A stretch of DNA of 64,000 nt from Chrysemys picta bellii (taxonomy: Eukaryota), in the NCBI RefSeq assembly GCF_011386835.1, contig NC_088803.1, positions 35,154,001-35,218,000 on the forward strand. Reading direction: 5' to 3'. This document shows positions 55,009 through 64,000 of this stretch, one piece after another. How positions within the stretch are numbered: position 1 is the stretch's first letter; each line of letters starts with the position of its first letter. A program made the translations under genes and the position numbers. Under the pieces are notes generated by a model. That model saw only the letters and a program-made list of their open reading frames with translations, made no database searches and was not told where the DNA came from.

Positions 55009-56349
55009 CAGTGTCTGTTCCTTGTAAGCTTCCAGACGCTGGCTTTCGACTGAAGAGAAAATCTCTGGCATCCCCCTGTAACTTTCTCTCCTAGGCATTG
55101 AGTCACTGCGACTTTCTCTCCCCTAGCCAGGCTGGATCCTTCTTAATCCTGTCAATGGCCAGAGGGAGTCACTGCAGAGACAGCTGAGGTGCTTCCCCCG
55201 CATCTTGCTGCCTGTGCACTGCCACGATTCCTAGCCCTTGCTGGCCCTGGGAAGCTGGAGATTGAATGAGGGACCTAACCTGGAATCGTCTATGCAGCAG
55301 CATGACGAGCGGCAGCTGGACTAGCATGGGGGTCCCCTCTTCTATAGATTCTTATACCCCACTCCTCACCACAGTATCGAAGCACCTAGAATTTTCATCC
55401 CCCCCCCCCAGCCATGGTGTCAGGGGAATTTGAACCCAGCCACGCTAGCAATACAAGCAAGAGCTGTGCCCCGAGGCCACTTTTAATACTTTTCTGTTTT
55501 CCTTCCATAGCTAGACACTCTTGTCTCAGCCACTCAGCACAGACGGGGCAGGGCAAATTGGGTCAATCCAGTGCAGAGCTTGTAGGTGTCTCCTTGAATT
55601 CTTTGCTGAGGTTATTCCCAATAACGGCAGTGCCTGACCCATGTCATCAGTTGGGCCTATTCTTATCTCAGTACTCATTATATAGAACCATACATACGCA
55701 GGGCACTTTGCCAGTCTAGTAAAGACAATCTCTGCCATGTAGGGCTCACATTCGAAGTCTGCTCTTCTTGATTGTGAGTAACACATCGCCCCTAACAGAA
55801 TACATTCCCTCCCCAGGTAGGAGGTCACCCCACAGTAACAGGACCTTCCCCCCTTTGATGAAGTCCCATCATTCCCATCAACACTAATAGGATTATGACG
55901 GATATAATTATCATCCGCATTAGCTCTGTCCCAGCATGAAGCATGCAGATTCCAAGGCGGATAAGCAGCTAAGCTACCCTCTCGCTCTGGGTTGGTGTTT
56001 AGGCCTAGAGAAACCCCAATCACTGCACTCGATGATACTTCTCTCTAGAGAAACAGCACCGATGTTTGTTTTCCTTTCAGGGCTTGCAGATGTTCTGAGC
56101 TGGGCAGACACTGAGATGAGGTTTCGAGAGAAAGATCAGCTGAGTGATGCACTGATCCATAATTCTACAAATAAAGGGAATAATCTGCATCCTTCAGACA
56201 CAAAATGTGTCTCTAGCATTTGTCAAAGTGGGAGCTGATTGGATTGAGTTTGGCAAAGGTGGCCAAAGGTGTAGTTTCCACCTCCCTTGCATTCACAGCA
56301 ATGCAGATCTCTGAAGAGTGGGCTGGAATGAACACTCTGGTTGTTGACA

Positions 56350-56560
56350 GGTTTCAGAGCGGTAGCCGTGTTAGTCTGTATCAGCAAAAACAACGAGGAG
56401 TCCTTGTGGCACCTTAGAGACTAACAAATTTATTTGGGCATAAGCTTTCGTGGGCTAAAACCCACTTCATCAGATGCATGGAGTGGAAAATACAGTAGGG
56501 AGGTATAAATACACAGCATATGAAAAGATGGGAGTTGCCTTACCAAGTGGGGGGGGTCAA
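56350..56560 (-). mobile_element. Penelope-like terminal repeat fragment
   Basis: Same repeat family as 1280 and 45647. Confidence 0.85.
56438..56477 (-). ncRNA. Minimal hammerhead ribozyme motif, intact core
   Basis: Minus: GCAU-CUGAUGA-A-GUGGGU(UUUA)GCCCAC-GAAA-GC-UU-AUGC. Confidence 0.8.
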
Positions 56561-58539
56561 AGCAGTCACTTGAACTTCTTCTCGCTATAATAGGTAACTT
56601 TAATCCCCGTTGTAACTTTGTAACTCCACTAAAGTCAGTGGCATTATTTCAGGGATGGATTTAGGTCAGTATGCTATCTTTAAATGAAACCCAAAGAGGA
56701 GCTCAATAGTTTACCAGCAAATGAGTTCCTTCTCCTAAACCAACAGTACTAGCAGGTGGTCATTTTTATGATCTCCTTCCATGGAGGGTTCTACTCTCTG
56801 GGTCAGGAGGAAGAGCATTTCCTGGGACCTCCTTGGCCCAAAGAGCTTTCGTTTCCCCTAATCCACAGATCCAGGAGGGAATAGAAAACAACACAATCCT
56901 GTGCCCATCTCCCACTTCCAGAAGGCCTTGACACTGGTCACAGATAGGGTTAATGTGACTATAGTAACACGTGAAACATGCAGCAATGTGACGTCACACA
57001 GGCTGAACTGTGACACTCCCAGACCATGAAGTGATGTCATCAAAGTGGGCAGAAAAGAGCTTGTCTGGGCAAAGGTTAGATTCTGCCCTCATTTCCACCA
57101 GTGTAAATGAAAAGTGACCCTCACTCACATCAATGGAGCCTAATATAAACAAGAGCAGATGCAGAATCAGGCCCTAGCTATGCAAAATGTTGTATGATCC
57201 CCCAACACACACAGGTTAGAGTGATGGAAACAACTATGGGCAGGTTTATTTCTGTGATAACATCTACTAAGGCCTTGATCTTGCGAAGACTTACACATGT
57301 GCTTAACTTTATTTACTTCAGTTAAGTTAATGGAACTACTTACAGTGCATAAAGTTAAGCATGTGCATAAGGGTTTGCAGGATTGGGACCTCCAGGAAAA
57401 AAATCACCTAGAACCTGAAAGATCATTGAGAATTATGAATTCATTATGAATGATTATCTGTGTATAAAACGTGTGGTGCTAAAGAATCATTCTTAACAAA
57501 TAAATACATAAACACTTTGTTATTGTAGGGTTGCTTATAAGGGCTGACCTGCACACGCTGGTTTATTATGAATTGTTATTTATGTGTTTGTTCATATTGA
57601 GGTAACTCCCGGGGCCCCCAGCCATAGATCAGGGCCTCCCTGTGCTAGGCACTGTACAAACAAAGAACAAAGAGGTGGGCCCTGCCCAAAGAGTTTAGAA
57701 TCTAAGTTTAAAACAAGAGACAACAGGTGGATGTGATAAACAGAGTGAGCCCAAGGAAACAATGCAATGATACTAGTCAGCATGATAAACGGTGGTCACA
57801 GCTGCTTAGCCCATGCTATTGGCATCAAGGCAAAGGTTTGTTACTGCAGGTTGCTTATGAGTGCAGACCCACTGCCATTGGTTTGGTTTTACATAAACAT
57901 TTGCAGAAGCTTTTAAACCAGCGACAATCTGCATAGAAAAGGGGCACTTGAATTTCCTCAATTTTCTAATCCCTTTTCCCCATTAAACATATGAGAAGCA
58001 GCCAGCAGGTGGCACTAGGATTTTACATTGCAATTCAATTCAATTGGTGTGGTAAGTTACCCAAGAGTGGCCAAGCCTAAGGAAAAAGACAAGACATCTC
58101 AGGTGTGTGAGGTTGGAGTGGGCACCACCTGCGCAGGCTGGGTCACACAGGGTGTTTGGAGTTTGATCCCTTGTGTCCATTTGTCATTCCAGATCAGGTT
58201 ATCAGCCAGGATGGTTTTTCTATTAGGGCCTGATCTGAAGTGTGTTGAAAAAAAATTAATGGAGATATCCCATCTCCTAGAACTGGAAGGGACCTTGAAA
58301 GGTCATCGAGTCCAGCCCCTGCCTTCACTAGCAGGACCAAGTACAGTAGGCTCCCTTTGGATCATGTCCTTAGTCTCCTATACCCCTTGCCATCTCCATG
58401 CTTCAATCGCTGCTGCTCCCTTTGCTCCCTTTCCTACCTCTGGCTTTGCTGCCCTGTATACTTAACTGAGAACGTCACATGGCAATTCCCTGCTGCTGCT
58501 GAGTGTTCTGATTTCTTCAGTTCATCATCATTACTGTTA

Positions 58540-58880
58540 CTATTTATTTGTATTGCAGTACAACCTAGGAGCCGCAAACATGGGCCAGAATCCCATTGTG
58601 CTTGATGCTGTACAAGCACAATACAAAAAGTCCCTGCCCCAAAGAGCTTACAATACAAGACTAAAATGAGAGCCATCAGATGGATACAGCAGACAGACAA
58701 GGCAGTACAAACAATGAGACCTACAATATTGGTCAACATGGCAGGCAGTGGTCTCAGCACACCAGCAGCCTAACTGTTGCCAAATATGTTGTAGGCATCA
58801 GGACAAATGAGAGTTTTAAGGAAGGATTTGAAGGAGGACAGAAGTGGTTTTGCACATTTACAGGGAGCCCCTCTTCTCCT
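58540..58880 (+). mobile_element. Old interspersed repeat, probably an L2-type 3' end
   Basis: TGTACAA.CACA..ACAAAAAG.TCCCTGCCCCAAAGAGCTTACAAT motif, recurring at about 45570-45645 and 57600-57860. Confidence 0.55.
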
Positions 58881-60101
58881 TTCATAGAGCAGTTGGTGGC
58901 TAGAAAAATTCCTTCCACAGTCTGCATGAAGCCCCATGTGCCCACCTGTGAACACGAAGGGGAGGGTGCATGAGAGGGAGAAGCAGGGTGGGGGGGGGTG
59001 ACAGGTGTTTGTGTGCGCGGGCGTGTGTGTGTTTGGGAGGGGGTGTTTGTGATAGGATCTGTATGTTTGTAAGGGAGTGTAAGCGTGTGTGTACATGGGA
59101 TGTGTGTGTACGTGAGATGGGATCTGTATGATTGTAAGGGAGTGTGAGCGTGTGTGTACATGGGGGGTGTTTCTGTGTGCCACCCGGCGTTTGTACACCA
59201 GGTTACACCTTACACTAGGTTTGTAAGGGTGTGTACCTGAGTGCCAGGCAGCATGACCACAGAAGACCCTTATATTCAATACCTTTCTCCTGAGTCTCTC
59301 CTCTGGACCATTCTTAGCTGGCTCCCAGTGCTGCTCTTCAGAGAAATTTCCTGCTGCCCTTCCTCTGGAAGCCAGAGCCCAACATGCCACCCGCTGGAGA
59401 CGCCAGGAGGGGCCACATCACTCTGGGGAGGATTGTTAAGAACGCCCAAGGCTGGGAACTAATCCACCTGCCTGCTAATGCACTTTCCAGGGTCTTCTGA
59501 TGCGAAGTCCCTCTCTTACAGAGCCTGCAACGAGCCAGTTCCACCTGCGCTTCACCAGGGATCGATTTTGGGGGGTGTATGTGCGTGAGACTATTAATAC
59601 CCCCCAGTATTTCCTACCCCCGCCCCCATCCCTTGAGCTCAGCGCTCACACGGGCTCTGGCTATTCCTCTCCATCCGGAGACAGGTGTGGGGATGGCGGG
59701 GCTGTGGGAGGGGCAGGGAGATGGGGGAGAAGAAGGGGATGGGGAAGGAGCTGAACTCTCCAGATGCCTGAGCCGCCCAGCTCTGCAGGACCAGGGAAGG
59801 GGGCTTCCCATGGCTAGGTATTAAGGAGACTCCCCGCGGGGTTCCCCAACCCCCTGGAAGCTGCACTGGCGGGCGGGGGCATCACACAGCAGGGACCGAG
59901 CGGCCAGGGGGAGAACCCCCGGGAAATGCAAAGGGCTTGAGAGGCAGCTGGAGCCGGGCGCTGCGCGGGGCTCGGGGAAGCGGGAACAGCGATCGCGGAG
60001 TTTCCAGGACCATGAACTCCCCTTGCAGCGGGGGGCTGCTGCTGATCCCGGGCACGGAGCCGCGCCGGAGCCCCTGAGGAGCGGAGCCGCCGGAGAAGGC
60101 G

Positions 60102-60144
60102 ATGGGCCAGTGGCTGGGCACGGCGCTGCTGCTCCTCACGCTGG
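60102..60144 (+). CDS. Probable first coding exon of a secreted or membrane protein (signal peptide MGQWLGTALLLLTL, phase 1); possibly neuritin family
   Basis: GCG-ATG-G start, hydrophobic LLLLTL core and a G|GTAAGG donor at 60145, inside a CpG island (about 59600-60600). No further exons were recognised in the window. Confidence 0.6.
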
Positions 60145-60916
60145 GTAAGGAACGGGCAGCGCGGGCGGCTCCGGTCCCGCAGGAGACACGCTCGAACCGG
60201 GCGCCGGGGAAGCCAGGCAGGGACCGGCCCCTCAGCAATAGGGCAGAGTCCCGCTGGGGGACAGCACCGCCCCGGCGGGGTCACCCCAGCGCAGCCGGCG
60301 GTGGCGCCCCCTGGCGCTGAGCTGCGGGGCTGCCGCGGTGCGCCCGGAGCCTGGAGGCGCCTCCAGCCCAGGCTGCCCTTGGGGGCGGCTTCCGCCTGGG
60401 AGGGGGAGCGGGGGGCGTGTGGCCCGCAGTGGGCACCGCGAGTTACATCCGCCACCCAGACCCAGGCAGCCCCTGGCTGCAGCTTTCCCGAGCTCATCCC
60501 TTGGTGTGACGCGCCCAACCTCCGGGGGCAGCCGGTGGCCCTTCCCATCTTAACCCCGAGCCCAGCCTGGGCAGGGGAGCAGGAACCTCCCCCGGGCCCT
60601 TCCTGCTGGGGGAGTTAGTGGGTCGCAATTGCCGTGGAAATTACGGAGGTGGCTGCATTTCAGCTGCTCTCAGCTGGGGCAGAGAGGTCCCCTCTCCATG
60701 CAGGGCCCCTGGGGCTGGGCCCCACATGGGCGCCCACGAGAATATAGTATTCTATGGTATTGCAACTTTTTTTAATGGAATGGGCCCCCAAAATTGCTTT
60801 GCCCCAAGCCCCCTGAATCCTCTGGGCAGCCCTGTTTCCATGGGAGAGGGCACAGAGGATGTCATACCCCTCTGCATGGAGCACTGCAGTTGGCTCTGAG
60901 CTCTGCTGGTTGGTTA

Positions 60917-61650
60917 GCCAGGAATAGGATCTCTTCTCACGGGTCACAGAGGGACAGGCACACAATAGAGACACAATAAACTAAGCACCTGTCACCAGAG
61001 CAGCCTCTTCTCTCCCATCCTTTTCATAGTGAAAGAATCCTAGATTCCAAGGCCAGAAAGGCCCATTGGGATCATCATAGAATATCAGGGTTGGAAGGGA
61101 CCTCAGGAGGTCATCTAGTCCAACCCCCTTCCACCCCTCCCTGCTCAAAGCAGGACCAAATTGCCAACTAAATCATCCCAGCATGGGCTTTGTCAAGCCT
61201 GATCTTAAAAACCTCTAAGGAAGGAGATTCCATCACCTCCCTAGGTAACCCAGTCCAGTGCTTCACCACCCTCCTAGTGAAAAGCCAGGAATAGGATCTC
61301 TTCTCACGGGTCACAGAGGGACAGGCACACAATAGAGACACAATAAACTAAGCACCTGTCACCAGAGCAGCCTCTTCTCTCCCATCCTTTTCATAGTGAA
61401 AGAATCCTAGATTCCAAGGCCAGAAAGGCCCATTGGGATCATCATAGAATATCAGGGTTGGAAGGGACCTCAGGAGGTCATCTAGTCCAACCCCCTTCCA
61501 CCCCTCCCTGCTCAAAGCAGGACCAAATTGCCAACTAAATCATCCCAGCATGGGCTTTGTCAAGCCTGATCTTAAAAACCTCTAAGGAAGGAGATTCCAT
61601 CACCTCCCTAGGTAACCCAGTCCAGTGCTTCACCACCCTCCTAGTGAAAA
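60917..61650. repeat. Exact 367-bp tandem duplication (60917-61283 / 61284-61650)
   Basis: The two copies appear identical by eye. Confidence 0.93.
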
Positions 61651-61666
61651 AGTTTTTCCTAATATC

Positions 61667-62970
61667 ATAGAATCATAGAATATCAGAGTTGGAAGGGACC
61701 TCAAGAGGTCATCTAGTCCAACCCCCTGCTCAAAGCAGGACCAATTCCCAGCTAAATCATCCCAGCCAGGGCTTTGTCAAGCCGGGCCTTAAAAACCTCC
61801 AAGGAAGGAGATTCCACCACCTCCCTAGGTAACGCATTCCAGTGTTTCACCACCCTCCTAGTGAAATAGTTTTTCCTGATATCCAACCTGGACCTCCCCC
61901 ACCGCAACTTGAGACCATTGCTCCTTGTTCTGTCATCTGCCACCACTGAGAACAGCCGAGCTCCATCCTCTTTGGAACCCCCCTTCAGGTAGTTGAAGGC
62001 TGCTATCAAATCCCCCCTCATTCTTCTCTTCTGGAGACTAAACAATCCCAGTTCTCTCAGCCTCTCCTCATAAGTCATGTGCTCCAGACCCCTAATCATT
62101 TTTGTTGCCCTCCGCTGGACTCTTTCCAATTTTTCCACATCCTTCTTGTAGTGTGGGGCCCAAAACTGGACACAGTATTCCAGATGAGGCCTCACCAATG
62201 TCGAATAAAGGGGAACGATCACGTTCCTCGATCTGCTGGCAATGCCCCTACTTATACAGCCCAAAATGCCGTTAGCCTTCTTGGCAACAAGAGCACACTG
62301 TTGACTCATATCCAGCTTCTCATCCACTGTGACCCCTAGGTCCTTTTCAGCAGAACTGCTACCTAGCCATTCGGTCCCTAGTCTGTAGCAGTGCATGGGA
62401 TTCTTCCGTCCTAAGTGCAGGACTCTGCACTTGTCCTTGTTGAACCTCATCAGGTTTTTTTCTGCCCAATCCTCTAATTTGTCTAGGTCCCTCTGTATCC
62501 GATCCCTACCCTCTAGTGTATCTACCACACCTCCTAGTTTAGTGTCATCTGCAAACTTGCTGAGAGTGCAGTCCACACCATCCTCCAGATCATTAATAAA
62601 GATATTAAACAAAACCGGCCCCAGGTCCGACCCTTGGGGCACTCCACTTGAAACCGGCTGCCAACTAGACATGGAGCCATTGATCACTACCCGTTGAGCC
62701 CGACGATCTAGCCAGCTTTCTATCCACCTTACAGTCCATTCATCCAGCCCATACTTCTTTAACTTGGTGGCAAGAATACTGTGGGAGACCGTATCAAAAG
62801 CTTTGCTAAAGTCAAGGAATAACACATCCACTGCTTTCCCCTCATCCACAGAGCCAGTTATCTCCTCATAGAAGGCAATTAGGTTAATCAGGCATGACTT
62901 GCCCTTGGTGAATCCATGCTGACTGTTCCTGATCACTTTCCTCTCCTTTAAGTGCTTCAGAATTGATTCT
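61667..62970 (-). mobile_element. Young 5'-truncated CR1 LINE with uninterrupted ORF2 RT/C-terminal frame
   Basis: ORF 61752-62975 (407 aa) with [45 protein letters not shown] and SKFADDTKL; the ATTCTATG tail reads ATAGAATCATAGAAT on the plus strand at about 61667. Confidence 0.97.
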
Positions 62971-63564
62971 ATCATCTGACCTCCGGCATAGCACAGACCA
63001 GAGAACTTCCCCTAAATAGTTCCCAGAGCAGAGCTTTTAAGAAAACATCCAATCAATTAAAAAATGGTCAGGGATAGAGAATACAGCACATACAGACCGT
63101 GGTAAATGGTTAGTTACTCTCACTGTTAAAAGTGCCTTATTTCCTGTCTGAATTGCTCTAGCTACAACTTTCAGCCTTTGGATTCTGTTAGACTGTTCTC
63201 TGCTGGACTGAAGAGCCCATTAACAACTATTTGTTCCTCATTTCGGTACTTATAAACTAATCAAGTCACCCTTTAATCCTCTCTTTGTTAAACTAATAGA
63301 TTGAGCTCCTTGAGAGGCGGTCACTATAAGGCAGGGTTTCTAATCCTTTAATCATTCTCCTGGCTCTTCTCTGAACCCGCTCCAATTTATCAACATCCAT
63401 CTTGAATTGCAGACCCCAGACCTAGACTTAGTGTTCCAGCAGCAGTTACACCAGTGCCAGAAACAACGGTAAAATAACGTCTGTACTCTTATTCATCCAA
63501 GGATTGCATTAGTCCTTTTGACCCCAGCATCACACTGGGAGCTCATGTATAGCTGGTTATCCAC
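62971..63564 (-). mobile_element. Older CR1 LINE, host of the nested insertions; its 3' tip lies at about 61038-61076
   Basis: Degraded CR1 3' sequence that joins naturally to ..GGCCAGAAAGGCCCATTGGGATCATC if the intervening CR1s are removed. Confidence 0.75.
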
Positions 63565-64000
63565 AGGGCCGGCTTTAGGCCGATTCGGCTGAATTGGGCC
63601 CCACGCTAAGAGGGCCCCGCGCCGCAGCTCTCCACCCTGCCCCCAGCTCACTTCCCCCTCCTCCCCTCCCCTGAATGCTCCGCCCCCTGCTCCTCCCCCT
63701 CCCCTGCTTCCCGCGAATCAGAGGTTCGCGGGAAGTCTGAAAAGAAGCAGGGGCGGGCAGGCAGCACCAGAGAACCCGGGGTGGTGGGGGGCGCGAGAAG
63801 GGCTCCGGGGAGGCATGGCCTAGTCCGGCCCCGGTTCCGGCCGAGTGCGCCGGCCTGCGGCGCAGCTCCGGCCCAACCCGCGGCGCGGCTTCGGCTCCGG
63901 CCGGCGCGGCTTCGGGTCCGGCCCGGCCCCCGCGCCGCCAAGGGGCTCTGGGCCGGCCCCAAGCCCGGCGAACACGGCCGGAGTGCGGCTTGATTCCTGG
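63565..64000. mobile_element. GC-rich hAT-type non-autonomous transposon running off the window
   Basis: Starts CAGGGCCGGCTTTAGG with C-rich and CCGG-rich internal repeats like the other hAT-type MITEs. Confidence 0.55.

Noticed and set aside
60102-60144. SDC4 or SYS1 as the identity of the right-hand gene
   Set aside because: The peptide does not match the recalled SDC4 (MAPARLFALLLF..) or SYS1 (MAGQFRSYVWDP..) N-termini, and SYS1 would be expected on the minus strand. No SYS1 exon was found in the window.
61752-62975. 407-aa ORF as a host gene
   Set aside because: It is a 5'-truncated CR1 ORF2 fragment lacking the endonuclease, and its start is an artefact of the truncation junction.

Overview
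Vertebrate genomic DNA, most likely from a turtle. This is inferred from the repeat content: CR1 LINEs with (ATTCTATG)n tails, Penelope-like elements and many hAT/Harbinger-type MITEs. The window is syntenic with the human 20q13.12 PIGT-DBNDD2-TP53TG5 block. Three complete genes could be rebuilt exon by exon with GT-AG boundaries and consistent phases: PIGT (minus, 12 exons, 577 aa), DBNDD2 (minus, 4 coding exons, 180 aa) and TP53TG5 (plus, 4 exons, 184 aa). Two more genes appear only as probable first coding exons in CpG islands. One is on the minus strand (MAECA..., 5407-5422). The other is on the plus strand and encodes a signal peptide (60102-60144), possibly a neuritin-family paralogue absent from the human locus. 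The most notable non-coding signal is six minimal type I hammerhead-ribozyme motifs in Penelope-like terminal repeats, two of them forming a perfect 184-bp palindrome. Also present: a young CR1 with an open RT frame nested in older CR1s, an exact 367-bp tandem duplication, a solo LTR and several MITEs with target-site duplications (TSDs). Most short ORFs in the supplied track are noise or antisense shadows. Gene names rest on recalled protein similarity; no searches were run.
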